64,000 nt of DNA from Candidatus Doudnabacteria bacterium (GCA_016186915.1 JACPKU010000004.1:3168-67167); one strand, 5' to 3'; positions 17,969 through 28,938 are shown, counted from the first letter of the stretch. A program made the numbers and translations. The notes: generated from the sequence alone by a model not told the origin.

Positions 17969-19165
17969 TTATTTTCTAAGCCTGACAAATTTGCGTTTGC
18001 CCACTTGGAGTATCGCGCCGGACTGGATATCAATCATCGTGTCCCACTCATCAATTACTTCATCGTTGTATTTCACAGCTTTTTGTTGAACCAGCCTTCT
18101 GGCTTCAGTTTTGCTTGGAGCCAACTTGGTTTCTACTAAAAGATCAATGACGTTCTGTGTGCTCACTTTCATCTCCGGCATTGAGGTCGGTTTTTCTTTG
18201 TTGCTAAAAACTTTCTCCCATTCTTTTTGGGCTTTCACAGCCGCTTGCTTGCCGTGATACATCCCCACAATCTCTTTCGCTAGTTCAATTTTTACATCTC
18301 TTGGACTAATTCCTTTTTTTAGCTTTTGCTCCGCCTTGGCAACTTCCGACAATGGCAGGTTCGTTAGCAACACAAAATAGTCAACAATCAATTCATCGCG
18401 CAAGCTCATCACCTTGCCGAACATATCATTCGGCACATCCAAAATGTTGATCACGTTGCCCCGGCTTTTTGACATCATCTGCCCATCCAACCCAGCAATC
18501 AACGGCAAGATCAAAAGGTCCTGTTGCTCTTGTTTGTAAAACTTCTGCAGCACTCTCCCGGCCAACAAATTAAATCGCTGGTCCGTTCCACCTAGCTCCA
18601 CGTCCGCTCTTACCGCCACTGAATCATAGCCCTGCATTATGGGATAATAAGCCTCTCTAAAGCTCACTCGCTTGCCCGCTTTCAAACGCTTGGCTATCAA
18701 TTCGCGGCTAATAAAATCATGCAAACTAAACTGATCAGCCAGGGTGGCAACCTCAAGCAGTGATAATTTCTTCAACCACTTTGAATTATAGTGAACTTCA
18801 GCTTTTTTTAGGACTAAAATTTTCCCAACTTGTTTAAGATAGGTTTGCATATTGGCTTTTACTTCTTTCTCAGACAACATTGGACGTCCGCTTTCTTTAT
18901 CCGAGGTATCACCTACCAGTCCAGTAAAATCGCCGATAATAAAAATGATCTTGTGACCAAGGTCCTGCAGATTGCGCAACTTCCAAAGTGCTCGGGCATG
19001 CCCCAAATGTAGATTTTTGGCAGTGGGATCAATGCCTAACTTTACCCGTAGTTTCTTGCCACTTCGAAGCTGCGATTCTAAGTGCTTGTGATCAATCACT
19101 TCAGCCACTCCCCGGGTAAGCAATTCTGAGATTTTTTGATTGTCTGTCATAGTCATCGTCATCAT
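17969..19165 (-). CDS. tyrS: tyrosine--tRNA ligase (start may be 19150)
   Basis: GIDPTA..LHLGH, ELGGTDQRFN, MMSKS, C-terminal S4 domain. Confidence 0.97.
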   Translation of the reverse strand: MMTMTMTDNQKISELLTRGVAEVIDHKHLESQLRSGKKLRVKLGIDPTAKNLHLGHARALWKLRNLQDLGHKIIFIIGDFTGLVGDTSDKESGRPMLSEKEVKANMQTYLKQVGKILVLKKAEVHYNSKWLKKLSLLEVATLADQFSLHDFISRELIAKRLKAGKRVSFREAYYPIMQGYDSVAVRADVELGGTDQRFNLLAGRVLQKFYKQEQQDLLILPLIAGLDGQMMSKSRGNVINILDVPNDMFGKVMSLRDELIVDYFVLLTNLPLSEVAKAEQKLKKGISPRDVKIELAKEIVGMYHGKQAAVKAQKEWEKVFSNKEKPTSMPEMKVSTQNVIDLLVETKLAPSKTEARRLVQQKAVKYNDEVIDEWDTMIDIQSGAILQVGKRKFVRLRK

Positions 19166-19214
19166 TAGTACCTTTCCTCATTATACCATTTTTTGCTATA
19201 ATTAACAGACCAAG

Positions 19215-21791
19215 ATGACTAATTTCTATTATTACTCCAGCTGGAACAAGCACAATCGCAAGGGTCCGGTTAAAAAATTCTTCTCGCTTGTCTTAAGCTT
19301 GCCCAAATGGATAATCAACAAGCTTGGATCAGACAGGAAACTTCGACGAAAGGTATTCAAGTTTTCTTTTTATGCGGCTTTCGCATTTTTCATTTTTTTA
19401 GGCATTACTTTTATCGTGGTTTCACTAAGCCTGCCTGACCCAAACAAGCTCAACGCCCGAATCATTCCGCAGTCCACCAAAATCTATGCCCGAGACGGCG
19501 AGACCCTGCTGTATGAAGTGCATGGCGAAGCCAGACGAACCTTGGTTGAGCTGGAGGCAATTCCAGACTACGTAAAAGAGGCAACGATTGCCATTGAAGA
19601 AAAAAACTTTTACCAAAACAGGGGGATAGACTTCCGGGGCATTCTGCGAGCCATATTTAAAAATATCACCTCCGGCGACTTAACTGGAGAAGGTGGCTCA
19701 ACTATTACCCAACAATTCGTCCGCAACGCTATTTTGACTCGGGAAAAAACCTTTACCAGAAAAATCAAAGAGGCGATTTTGGCAATCCAGATTGAACAAA
19801 GATTCACGAAAGACGAAATCCTCAAGCTTTACCTAAATGAAATCCCTTACGGCCAAAACGCTTATGGAATTGAAGCAGCCGCGCAAACCTACTTTAGCAA
19901 AAGAGCCCAGGACCTATCTTTGGCCGAAGCGGCTTATCTGGCGGCTCTGCCGCAAGCACCAACCTTCTACTCGCCCAACGGTCCCAACCGGGATCGGCTG
20001 GATGCCAGACAAAAATTTGTGCTCAGCCAGATGCAAGAACAAGGATATATTACTTCCACTCAGATGGAACAGGCGCTTTCGGATAAAGTCGAATTTAACA
20101 AGATAAAAAATATCATCCTCGCCCCTCACTTCGTGCTTTATGTCCAAGGACTGCTGGCGGAAAAATACGGAGAGAAAACTCTGGAAGAAGGCGGACTAGA
20201 AGTCGTCACCACGCTTGATTACAATCTGCAACAGCTCGCGGAAAAAGCCGTGGAAGCAGGCGTGGCGCGCAATCGGGCAAACAACAGAGCGGAAAACGCG
20301 GCGCTCACGGCCATTGATCCGAAAACCGGACAAATCCTGGCCATGGTGGGATCAAGAGATTTCTTTGATGAAGAATATGACGGGCAAGTCAACATCGCGC
20401 TGAGGGAACGCCAGCCTGGATCTTCCATCAAACCATATGTCTACGCCGCGGGGTTTAAGCAAGGGATGAATCCGGCCACGATGCTGATTGATGTCCAAAC
20501 GGTTTTTGGCACAGTCAACGGAGAGAACTATGCTCCACTAAACTACGATGGAAAAGACCATGGCATTCTTTCCGCGCGCACGGCTTTGGCTGGTTCGCTT
20601 AATGTGCCCGCAGTAAAAATGCTTGCTCTGACCGGAGTTCAAAACGCGATTAATACTATGAAGGACCTGGGGATCACCGCAGACTTAAACACTGACCGCT
20701 GCGGCCTGTCTTTGGTTTTGGGCGGGTGTGAAATCTCGCTGCTTGACCACACTTCTGCGATGGGGGTGCTTGCTTCTGGCGGAATCAGGCACGAGGACAC
20801 CCCAATTTTAAAAGTCACTGATGCCGACGGCAAAATTCTGGAGGAGTTCGACGAGCAAGACCGAGGCCGGGAAGTGATCGACCCACAGGTGGCTTATGAA
20901 ATCGTAAGTATTATGACGGACAACGAGGCGCGGGCATTTACTTTTGGCAGCAACTCGCCGCTGATCCTGCCCGGGCGCACTGTGGCTGCCAAAACCGGCA
21001 CCACCCAAGCCTGGCGAGAAGGATGGACCGTGGGCTTTACGCCTTCCTTGGTCGCTGGTGTGTGGGTCGGGAACAATGATTTTTCTTCCATGCGGCCGGG
21101 CGCTGACGGAGTGATAGTTGCGGCTCCGATTTGGAACCAATTCATGCGTGAGGCTCTGGCCAACACGCCTGCGGAAATATTCCCTGAACCCGCGGGCATT
21201 CAGCACGTTTTGGTAGACGCTGTCTCCGGCAAGCTCCCCACAGAATACACCCCCCAAACTAAAACCGAGGTGTTTGCCGACTTTGCCGTGCCCGATGAAT
21301 TTGATGACGTGCATGTGCCAATCAAAGTTAATACACTCAATGGGAAAAAGGCGAGTGATCTTACGCCTCCCCAACTTGTAGAAACACGGGTCTATATGGT
21401 AATTCATTCTGAAATGCCAGCAAACCCAAACTGGGAAAACCCAGTAAGGGTCTGGGCCGCAAACTCCGGCTACAACCTCCCTCCCACGGAAGAGGACGAC
21501 GGTTCCGGGAGTGGCATAAACAACCCCAAAATCTCATTCCTCACCCCGGCGTTTAATCAAGAAATTAATAGTTTGCCGCTCGAGATACAGGTCGCTGTTA
21601 CAGGAAGCGGCGTCAACAGCGTGGAACTAATCTTGGAAGGAAAGTCTAAAGGAACCAAAACTGCGGCTCCTTATAACTTCAGTATCGGATCAGCAGACAA
21701 CGGCTGGCAGACTCTGACCGCGGTGGCCAGACTCAGCAACGGTGAATCAATCGAAACCAACACCAGAATATACATCAACATCAATCCATGA
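19215..21791 (+). CDS. class A penicillin-binding protein 1A family with C-terminal Ig-like domain
   Basis: GGSTITQQ, RKIKE, YLNEIPYG, RQPGSSIKP, SLN, KTGT motifs. Confidence 0.95.
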   Translation: MTNFYYYSSWNKHNRKGPVKKFFSLVLSLPKWIINKLGSDRKLRRKVFKFSFYAAFAFFIFLGITFIVVSLSLPDPNKLNARIIPQSTKIYARDGETLLYEVHGEARRTLVELEAIPDYVKEATIAIEEKNFYQNRGIDFRGILRAIFKNITSGDLTGEGGSTITQQFVRNAILTREKTFTRKIKEAILAIQIEQRFTKDEILKLYLNEIPYGQNAYGIEAAAQTYFSKRAQDLSLAEAAYLAALPQAPTFYSPNGPNRDRLDARQKFVLSQMQEQGYITSTQMEQALSDKVEFNKIKNIILAPHFVLYVQGLLAEKYGEKTLEEGGLEVVTTLDYNLQQLAEKAVEAGVARNRANNRAENAALTAIDPKTGQILAMVGSRDFFDEEYDGQVNIALRERQPGSSIKPYVYAAGFKQGMNPATMLIDVQTVFGTVNGENYAPLNYDGKDHGILSARTALAGSLNVPAVKMLALTGVQNAINTMKDLGITADLNTDRCGLSLVLGGCEISLLDHTSAMGVLASGGIRHEDTPILKVTDADGKILEEFDEQDRGREVIDPQVAYEIVSIMTDNEARAFTFGSNSPLILPGRTVAAKTGTTQAWREGWTVGFTPSLVAGVWVGNNDFSSMRPGADGVIVAAPIWNQFMREALANTPAEIFPEPAGIQHVLVDAVSGKLPTEYTPQTKTEVFADFAVPDEFDDVHVPIKVNTLNGKKASDLTPPQLVETRVYMVIHSEMPANPNWENPVRVWAANSGYNLPPTEEDDGSGSGINNPKISFLTPAFNQEINSLPLEIQVAVTGSGVNSVELILEGKSKGTKTAAPYNFSIGSADNGWQTLTAVARLSNGESIETNTRIYININP

Positions 21792-22933
21792 TCTATTTTT
21801 TAGGAAGCATATTAGCGCTTTTGCCAATCTACCGCTGGCGGTTTGAGATTTTGGGATTGCCCACCACGTTTTTAGAATTGTTAATTGTGGTTTTTTTGGC
21901 CATGGTTTTCATCAGTAAATACCACGAGCTTGGATCGCTAAAAAAACATCAGCGGCTCAATTGGTTTGTTCTGGCCTTCGTTCTCGCAGGAATCATTTCT
22001 ACCCTCGTCTCACCCGAACCCGTAAAAGCATTGGGGCTGTTAAAAGCATTTATCATAGAACCGGTGCTTTTATTTTACGCCGCCGTACTGGTAATCAAGA
22101 ACACAAAAAATTTGCGCCTGCCTTTGTTGTGCCTGTTTTGGTCAGCAGTGGCTGTCTCCGTCTTCGGTCTGATCCAATCCGTTACTTTAATCGGCCTCCC
22201 TTTGAGATTTTGGGGCACGGGAGCAGAACCATTGCGAATCGTGTCGGTGTTCGAATACCCGAACGCGCTGGCGCTGTACTTAGGCCCGTTGTTTATTTTC
22301 TTTTTCGCCTTAGCGCTTAAAAAAAATCTCTTATCAACCTATCCGCATTTTGCAGGCTTGGCTGTTATGGGCCTGGCCCTGCTTTTAACCCAGTCCCGCG
22401 GCGCTTGGCTGGCCGTGTTCGCGGGCCTAATATTTTTGGCTTTCAAAAACTTCCATTGGAAAAAAGCCTTGTCAGGAACACTCTTGGTTCTGTTTGTTTT
22501 GTTGCTGCTCGCTCCGGTTCGAAACCGCATAGGCTTGGTGGCCCAAGACCCATCAAGCACGGCGCATTTGGACTTAATGCAAATCGGGATTCATAAAATT
22601 ATCAGCAACCCCATCTTTGGCAACGGGCTGTTCGGGTTTCGAAATACTTTAGAGCAAGCAGGGTACCGAGGAGAGCTCCTGAACTATCCGCACAACATTT
22701 TCCTAAATCTCTGGCTGGAGCTTGGGCTGCTTGGTTTCATCGCTTTCTTTGCCGTTCTATGGTTTGTATTGGACCGATACAAAAAGCAGCCGGGCGTTTT
22801 CAGCCTGGCTGTTGCCTCATTTATGTTAGTGGTGCTGATCCACGGCCTGGTGGATGCGCCTTACTTCAAAAACGATCTGGCGGTATTGTTTTGGTTTATG
22901 GTTTCTGTTTCGACGCTTAAGAATTCTCAATAA
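21788..22933 (+). CDS. O-antigen ligase family protein
   Basis: PNALALY, TQSRGAW, YPHNIFL...ELG, HGLVD. Confidence 0.85.
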   Translation: MIYFLGSILALLPIYRWRFEILGLPTTFLELLIVVFLAMVFISKYHELGSLKKHQRLNWFVLAFVLAGIISTLVSPEPVKALGLLKAFIIEPVLLFYAAVLVIKNTKNLRLPLLCLFWSAVAVSVFGLIQSVTLIGLPLRFWGTGAEPLRIVSVFEYPNALALYLGPLFIFFFALALKKNLLSTYPHFAGLAVMGLALLLTQSRGAWLAVFAGLIFLAFKNFHWKKALSGTLLVLFVLLLLAPVRNRIGLVAQDPSSTAHLDLMQIGIHKIISNPIFGNGLFGFRNTLEQAGYRGELLNYPHNIFLNLWLELGLLGFIAFFAVLWFVLDRYKKQPGVFSLAVASFMLVVLIHGLVDAPYFKNDLAVLFWFMVSVSTLKNSQ

Positions 22934-23420
22934 AACGAAAGTCGTCTTTGGGACGGTCTTTTTTATTTATAATTTTAATAATCACTCTGCGGTTCGGGTC
23001 CATGCCGGTGCTTTCTGAAGCAATGTCAGAATATAAAGACAAATAGTCGTGGACTGTCCGGCGCTCATATGAAGGCATGGGGGCAAGAATCACGCTTCTT
23101 GAGGTTGCTCGCACTTGGTGGGCGGCCTTACGCGCCAGCTCCTTCAAATAGATCGAGCGCTTATCGCGATAGTCATCTATGTCCAACGCAAAAGGGAAAT
23201 TTTCCTCTGGTAATTCTCTGCGGGCCAAGAGCCTGACAATATGCTGCAGCGCTTCTAAATTTGCCCCCTGCTTGCCGATTAGTAATTGCGCATCAGGGGT
23301 TTTTAAGTTGAGCACCACCCGGTCCTCTTCTTGGCGCTCAAAAACTTCTGCGCTAACGCTCATATGGAAAAGCAGTTCTTGAATTTTATGCTTTAAATTT
23401 TCAAGATTAGGAACTGGCAT
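22917..23420 (-). CDS. jag: Jag/KhpB-like KH-R3H RNA-binding protein
   Basis: LLIGKQGANLEALQH (KH), ERRTVH (R3H); position in the yidC operon. Confidence 0.9.
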   Translation of the reverse strand: MPVPNLENLKHKIQELLFHMSVSAEVFERQEEDRVVLNLKTPDAQLLIGKQGANLEALQHIVRLLARRELPEENFPFALDIDDYRDKRSIYLKELARKAAHQVRATSRSVILAPMPSYERRTVHDYLSLYSDIASESTGMDPNRRVIIKIINKKDRPKDDFRFIENS

Positions 23421-24120
23421 TTTTTAAGACCTCTTTGGCTTCCCTGTGAATAATAAAATATTGCTGTCCCACCCCAAACAAGGTGGTGACCACCCAATAA
23501 AGAGGCAGGCCGGCGGGAAACTGCAGACCAATAATAAACGTTAAAAACGGAAAAAAGTAAAGCGTCTGGTAACTGAAAATCTTAGACATTTGGTCGCCCC
23601 CTTGATTTCTGGGAGCCATCATCCTGCCCTGCCAATACTGCAATCCGCCGGCCAGCACAGCCAAAATAATATTCCGTTTGCTTAGATCCAAAAATCCGAG
23701 AAACAAAGGGTTAAGACTTTCCGGTGCTTGAATAAAACCATAAATTCCCTGGAGCGTTTCGCCGTTTAAGCTTTGGATAAAAACAAAATAAAGGGCGATC
23801 AGAATCGGAAACTGAATCAACATTGGCAAGCAAGAACTTAGTGGATTAACCTTGTGAACCTTATAAAGCTCCATCAGCGCCTTTGCTTGTTGTTCTTTAT
23901 CATCTTTGTATTTTTCTTTGAGCTCGTTCATTTTGGGCTGCAGCTCTTGCATGGCCTTTTGGTGCTTCAAAGATTTATGGAAAGAAGGAAGCAAGGCAAG
24001 CCGCACCAAAACCGTTACCAAAATTATTACCACGCCCAGGTCAGGGATAAAGTTATAAAAAAACACCAGCAGGTTAAGCAGCGGGTAAACTAAAATTGTG
24101 TTGAAGATGTTGCCGATCAT
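23407..24120 (-). CDS. yidC: membrane protein insertase YidC/Oxa1
   Basis: LQPKM.ELKEKYK, NPLSSCLP.LIQ.PIL, PAGL.LYW. Confidence 0.95.
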   Translation of the reverse strand: MIGNIFNTILVYPLLNLLVFFYNFIPDLGVVIILVTVLVRLALLPSFHKSLKHQKAMQELQPKMNELKEKYKDDKEQQAKALMELYKVHKVNPLSSCLPMLIQFPILIALYFVFIQSLNGETLQGIYGFIQAPESLNPLFLGFLDLSKRNIILAVLAGGLQYWQGRMMAPRNQGGDQMSKIFSYQTLYFFPFLTFIIGLQFPAGLPLYWVVTTLFGVGQQYFIIHREAKEVLKNASS

Positions 24121-24428
24121 GAATTGGAATGTGGAATATTGAATCTACCTGCCTGCCGGCGAGGCAGGGAATATGGAGGGTCGATCTTAGGATCAGTCCA
24201 TGGATTGCAGCGAAGCACTCTTAAAACAATTCTCGGAATTCCTACCAGCGCTTGTTTTTCCAAAACCTCCTTGGCATACATTGAGCAGGTGGGATGAAAT
24301 TTGCAGTAACCGTAAGGGTAGCGGCTTTTCAGCGGCCCATGATCAGGGGAAAGGGTTCTTTGGTACAAAAGTATCAACCCGATCAAAGGCCGCGCCAATA
24401 ATTTATTTAGTTGACTGAAGAAGTCCAT
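24117..24428 (-). CDS. yidD: membrane protein insertion efficiency factor
   Basis: YQRTLSP, CKFHPTCS.Y, RVLRCNPW. Confidence 0.9.
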   Translation of the reverse strand: MDFFSQLNKLLARPLIGLILLYQRTLSPDHGPLKSRYPYGYCKFHPTCSMYAKEVLEKQALVGIPRIVLRVLRCNPWTDPKIDPPYSLPRRQAGRFNIPHSNS

Positions 24429-24751
24429 ATTCCAGCTTTCTTGAATAGATCGACGGTTTGTTTTTCCAGTTCCCTGAATTTTTTTTTGCCGGCTATGGCG
24501 CCCGGAAACAACAACACATCGACCGGTTTAATAAAATCTAAATTATTAGTAAGAATACTTTTCAGCCGCCGTTTGATTTTGTTGCGCTGGGTTACTTTCG
24601 GAACGGTCTTTTTTGGGATAATAAAACCAAAACGGGGGGTGTTTTGGTTGGCAGATTTAATCCTGATTCTTAAAACCGGGCCCTGGAAGGACTTGCCGGA
24701 TCGAAATTGTCTAAAGTCCTTTTCTTGTTTGATGATCTTGAGTCTGCCCAT
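24407..24751 (-). CDS. rnpA: ribonuclease P protein component
   Basis: RFGFIIPKK, RNKIKRRL; canonical gene position. Confidence 0.9.
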   Translation of the reverse strand: MGRLKIIKQEKDFRQFRSGKSFQGPVLRIRIKSANQNTPRFGFIIPKKTVPKVTQRNKIKRRLKSILTNNLDFIKPVDVLLFPGAIAGKKKFRELEKQTVDLFKKAGIWTSSVN

Positions 24752-24755
24752 TTGG

Positions 24756-24890
24756 CTACACTGTTAATTTTTTTCTGCCCTTGGCTCTTCTGCGTTGCAA
24801 CACGCTTCTGCCGTTGTTGGTTCTCATTCTTTTTCTAAAGCCGTGCACTCTTTTCCTTCGTCTTTTCTTTGGTCGATAGGTTGGTTGCAT
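24756..24890 (-). CDS. rpmH: 50S ribosomal protein L34 (missing from the ORF track)
   Basis: Translated by hand: [44 protein letters not shown]. Confidence 0.95.
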   Translation of the reverse strand: MQPTYRPKKRRRKRVHGFRKRMRTNNGRSVLQRRRAKGRKKLTV

Positions 24891-25009
24891 AAATTTTTCT
24901 CACTTAAAGCAGAAAATTAACTCATTTGTTTACTCAGATATTATACTTGAATTGCCTTGATTTGTCACCCCTCAAGTACATTTGTTTAGTTTAGACAACT
25001 AATACACGC

Positions 25010-25090
25010 TTATTCCACATATTATTAACACCTCCAAATAATTATGGCTTAAATAAGCCATAATTTATTATTTTACATGTTGATAACTTA
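25010..25090. promoter_or_regulatory. dnaA upstream region with degenerate DnaA boxes and a 26-bp inverted repeat
   Basis: TTATTAACA, TGTTGATAA, TATTCCACA; AATTATGGCTTA-AA-TAAGCCATAATT at 25040-25065. Confidence 0.55.
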
Positions 25091-25133
25091 TCTGTTAGAA
25101 TAAACGAAGACTTATTTTACAAACTTGAAACCC

Positions 25134-26468
25134 ATGACAAACCAACAGCTGTGGCAAGCCATTCTAGGCAACCTCGAATTAACTTTGAGCAAGGCAAACT
25201 TCACCACCTGGTTCAAAAACACCTCTATCATTGAAAAAAACGACCTTGGAATTATGGTCGGCGTGCCCAATGCTTTTACTAAAGAGTGGCTGCAAAACAA
25301 ATATCACCTAGAAATTCTCAAAACTTTAAAAACTATTGCTCCTGAGATAAAAGAAGTAAAATACCAGATCATCAACCCAACCCTTAACCAACCGCCGCCC
25401 GCCAGGAAGGAAACAACAAGAACCCAAACCCAGAAAACGGAAAATCAAAGCATCAACCCCAAATATACTTTTAACACCTTTGTTGTCGGCGCCAACAATC
25501 AGCTGGCCCACGCCGCCGGCATCGCCGTCAGCAAAAAACCCGGACAAGTGTATAATCCCCTGTTTATTTACGGCGGCGTGGGTTTGGGCAAAACCCACCT
25601 CATGCAGGCCGTGGGCAACGAAATCTGCAAAAAAAAGCCGGACGCCAAAATTTTATACGTTACCTCCGAGCGCTTCACGAACGAGTTTGTCTCTTCCTTG
25701 ACGCAAGGCAAGTCCGAAAATTTTAAATCCCGTTATCGCACCGTGGACGTCCTTTTGGTGGATGACATCCAGTTTTTGGCAGGCAAAGAAGGCACCCAAG
25801 AAGAATTTTTCCATACTTTCAACGCCCTCCACCAAAACAACAAGCAGGTGGTCATGACCTCGGACCGCCTGCCAAAAGAAATTCCTGCCATTGAGGAGCG
25901 GCTGGTGTCCAGGTTTGAGTGGGGGATGATTGCCGATATCCAGGCCCCTGACCTAGAAACCCGGTTGGCGATACTTAAAACCAAGGCCCGAGAAAAGAAT
26001 TACGATTTAGAACCGGAGATCTTAAACTTTATTGCCGAGACCATCCAAACCAACATCCGGGAACTGGAAGGAGCGCTAAACCGGTTAATGGTTTACTGCC
26101 AGCTCAACAACACTAGACCAACAATTGAACAAGTAAAAAGTGTGCTGATCAATGTGATTACGCCGCCAAAAAAACGCGGGGTTTCCCCCAAAAAAATTAT
26201 TGAGGTGGTGGCGGATTTTTATAATGTTACCCCGGAAGACCTGCTAAAACAGTCTCGAAAGAAAGAATACGTCAATCCAAGACAGATTGCCATGTATATT
26301 ATTAGAAAAGAGCTGGAAACCTCCCTTCCTTCTATTGGAGAGTTTTTTGGCGGCCGGGACCATACAACCGTGATCCACGCCGTGGACAAAATTGAAAGAG
26401 CAATCAAGGAAAAAAGCGGGTTGAAGCAAGAAATTGATTTGGTAAAAGACAGGATATATATTAATTAA
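25134..26468 (+). CDS. dnaA: chromosomal replication initiator
   Basis: YNPLFIYGGVGLGKTHL, LLVDDIQF, QEEFFHTFN, GGRDHTTV. Confidence 0.99.
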   Translation: MTNQQLWQAILGNLELTLSKANFTTWFKNTSIIEKNDLGIMVGVPNAFTKEWLQNKYHLEILKTLKTIAPEIKEVKYQIINPTLNQPPPARKETTRTQTQKTENQSINPKYTFNTFVVGANNQLAHAAGIAVSKKPGQVYNPLFIYGGVGLGKTHLMQAVGNEICKKKPDAKILYVTSERFTNEFVSSLTQGKSENFKSRYRTVDVLLVDDIQFLAGKEGTQEEFFHTFNALHQNNKQVVMTSDRLPKEIPAIEERLVSRFEWGMIADIQAPDLETRLAILKTKAREKNYDLEPEILNFIAETIQTNIRELEGALNRLMVYCQLNNTRPTIEQVKSVLINVITPPKKRGVSPKKIIEVVADFYNVTPEDLLKQSRKKEYVNPRQIAMYIIRKELETSLPSIGEFFGGRDHTTVIHAVDKIERAIKEKSGLKQEIDLVKDRIYIN

Positions 26469-26688
26469 CTGTTCACAACCTGTTGTTTGACAGGGGGATA
26501 AATTGTAAAGAAAAATCTTAAATATTTTTTTCCCTCTTAATTTCAAAAACTTAACAAACCCTTCCCAACAGCTTACTAACAGCTTAACAAAAAAAATAAT
26601 TATTCCTTAAACCCAAACAAACAACCAAAACAAACCCTTATACACAAACCCACCGGTTCTAATATAATTATTATTTATTTATAAACTT
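26469..26688. other. probable oriC (dnaA-dnaN intergenic region)
   Basis: TTATACACA DnaA box at 26638-26646, several degenerate boxes, AT-rich DUE-like tract before dnaN. Confidence 0.7.
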
Positions 26689-27786
26689 ATGAAAGTAGTT
26701 TGTACAAAAGAGAATCTTAAAAAGGGGCTGTATATGGTTGGTCGGGTGGTGGGGGTCGGGAATCCTTTACAGGTTCTAAACAATATTTTAATCAAAACCG
26801 ACTCCGGAAGAGTGAAGCTTTCTTCAACCAACCTAGAAATTGGAGTAAATACTTGGGTGGGAGGAAAAATCAGCGAAGAAGGAGCACTAACAGTGCCAGC
26901 AAGAATCATTAATGAATACATAAATAATCTGCCAACCGAAAAGGTATCCTTGTCCACCAAAGAAACAACTTTAAATCTCGAGTCAGACAATTACCACACC
27001 AACATCAATGGCCTGCCAGCCGACGACTTTCCGCTCATTCCGCAGATTAAAGAGGAAGCTTTTGCCAAGGTTGACGCAGATGAGTTAAGAGACGCCCTTT
27101 CTGAAACAATCTGGGCGGCGGCAACCAACGAGTCCCAACCCGAAATTTCAGGCATCTTTTTCTCCTTTGAAGAAAACAAACTCACCATTGCCAGCACTGA
27201 CCGATACCGGCTGGCAGAGCGCAAATGTCTTTTAAAAACCAGGGTTCGGGAGAAAAAAGAGGTGATCATCCCATCTAGAACAATTAGCGAACTGTACAAA
27301 ATACTGGGCAGCGGCCTTAAGGATGTGGAAATTTATTTTTCCGAAAGCCAGGTGCTGTTTAAGTTTAATGACACAGAACTAATCTCCCGACTAATTGACG
27401 GCCAATATCCGGATTATGCACAGATCGTGCCTAAAGAATTTAAAACCGAAGTGGTGGTTGGGCGTGAAGATTTAATGCACGCTTTAAGGGCCGCTGCTCT
27501 GTTCGCGTCTGAATCAAACAACATCCAACTGGAAGCCGTGGAGAAAAAAGGGCTGGTGATTAAAGCTTCTTCCGCCCAAGCCGGAGAGAACACCACTGAC
27601 ATCCAAGCAGGAGTACAGGGTCTTAACAACTCCGCCGTATTTAACCACCGCTATCTGCTTGATTGTTTGAATGTTCTGCCTGAAGCGAGAGTGGTGTTGA
27701 AACTAATCAATGACAATTCTCCTGCCATGATTGTGCCGGAGGGGCGAGATAACTATCTTTACATAGCCATGCCAACAAAGATATAA
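26689..27786 (+). CDS. dnaN: DNA polymerase III beta clamp
   Basis: STNLEIG, DDFP, ASTDRYRLA, SRLIDGQYPDY, C-terminal MP. Confidence 0.97.
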   Translation: MKVVCTKENLKKGLYMVGRVVGVGNPLQVLNNILIKTDSGRVKLSSTNLEIGVNTWVGGKISEEGALTVPARIINEYINNLPTEKVSLSTKETTLNLESDNYHTNINGLPADDFPLIPQIKEEAFAKVDADELRDALSETIWAAATNESQPEISGIFFSFEENKLTIASTDRYRLAERKCLLKTRVREKKEVIIPSRTISELYKILGSGLKDVEIYFSESQVLFKFNDTELISRLIDGQYPDYAQIVPKEFKTEVVVGREDLMHALRAAALFASESNNIQLEAVEKKGLVIKASSAQAGENTTDIQAGVQGLNNSAVFNHRYLLDCLNVLPEARVVLKLINDNSPAMIVPEGRDNYLYIAMPTKI

Positions 27787-27788
27787 GC

Positions 27789-28853
27789 ATGCAACTGGAA
27801 AGTCTGGAGCTGGAAAATTTTCGCAACTACAAAGAATTAAATGTGAGCCTTGATTCTAGACTGGTGCTGGTTTTGGGAGAGAATGCTTCGGGCAAAACCA
27901 ATTTTATAGAAAGCGTTTATTTTTTGTCCCGTTTAAAATCGTTCCGGGTAAGTGATGATCTTCTTGTGAAGCTCCAAGAAGATTATTTTAAAATTGTAGG
28001 CAGAGGAGGCACTCACGAATTTGAAACAGTGGTGCAAACTTCGCCAAGCTTTAAGCGCGTATTTAAAATTGACCAGCAAAAAGTAAAGCGGGCCAGCTGG
28101 CAAACATTCCAAGCGGTGTTGTTTGTGCCGACTGACCTCAACATGTTTGTGCTGGGTCCCGCCACCAGGCGCAAGTACTTAAACGACACCCTGGTACAGC
28201 TGGACAAAAGTTATGCCGCTGATTTGGCAAGTTTGGATCATGTGCTTAAACAGCGCTCAAGCTTGCTGGATAGAATTTATAAAAACCAGGCAGACACAGA
28301 AGAGTTGGGGTTTTGGGACCAGGAACTAGCAGGGCTTGCAATTCGAATCAGCAGACAGCGACGAGGCTTTTTGGATTTTTTAAACAAGAAGTTTGACAAG
28401 CAGTATCAAGACCTGACGGGGTTTAAAAGCAAATTTGAAATAGTATATAAAGGGTTGGGCGAGCACGCGGAGCAGGAGCAGTTTCTAGAAAAGCTCAAGC
28501 AGATTAGAGAGGCGGAGACAAGAAGCGGCACGAATTTATTGGGTCCGCATCGCGACGACTTTATTATCAACAAGGACGAAGAATTAAATGTTTATAATTC
28601 TTCCAGAGGCGAACTGCGCGAACAAGTCCTCACCATCAAGCTTTTGCAAGCCCAGTATTTAACTGATGAAAAAGACAAACCAGTGATGCTTTTGGATGAC
28701 GTGTTTTCTGAATTGGACGAACAGCGCCGCGCCATGCTTTTGGAAAATTTATTAGACTATCAAGTGTTCATCACTTCCACCGAAGAGCGCCATTTGCCGA
28801 AACTCCAAAAACAAACCCAGATTTTGAAAGTGAAGGACAATCAGATATTATAA
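27789..28853 (+). CDS. recF: DNA replication/repair protein RecF
   Basis: NFRNY, GENASGKTN, GPHRDD, LLDDVFSELD. Confidence 0.95.
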   Translation: MQLESLELENFRNYKELNVSLDSRLVLVLGENASGKTNFIESVYFLSRLKSFRVSDDLLVKLQEDYFKIVGRGGTHEFETVVQTSPSFKRVFKIDQQKVKRASWQTFQAVLFVPTDLNMFVLGPATRRKYLNDTLVQLDKSYAADLASLDHVLKQRSSLLDRIYKNQADTEELGFWDQELAGLAIRISRQRRGFLDFLNKKFDKQYQDLTGFKSKFEIVYKGLGEHAEQEQFLEKLKQIREAETRSGTNLLGPHRDDFIINKDEELNVYNSSRGELREQVLTIKLLQAQYLTDEKDKPVMLLDDVFSELDEQRRAMLLENLLDYQVFITSTEERHLPKLQKQTQILKVKDNQIL

Positions 28854-28914
28854 ATTGTAGACTAGAGATTCTATCACAGCACAAAGTTCGCAGATCATTA
28901 ATATAATCGAGTTA

Positions 28915-28938
28915 AAACACCGCCCTTCCGGCGGTGTT
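28915..28938. terminator. terminator hairpin between recF and ruvB
   Basis: AACACCGCC-CTTCC-GGCGGTGTT. Confidence 0.65.

Noticed and set aside
28855-28915. Possible dif or other recombination site after recF
   Set aside because: Only a weak resemblance to the XerD arm, and an origin-proximal position is wrong for dif
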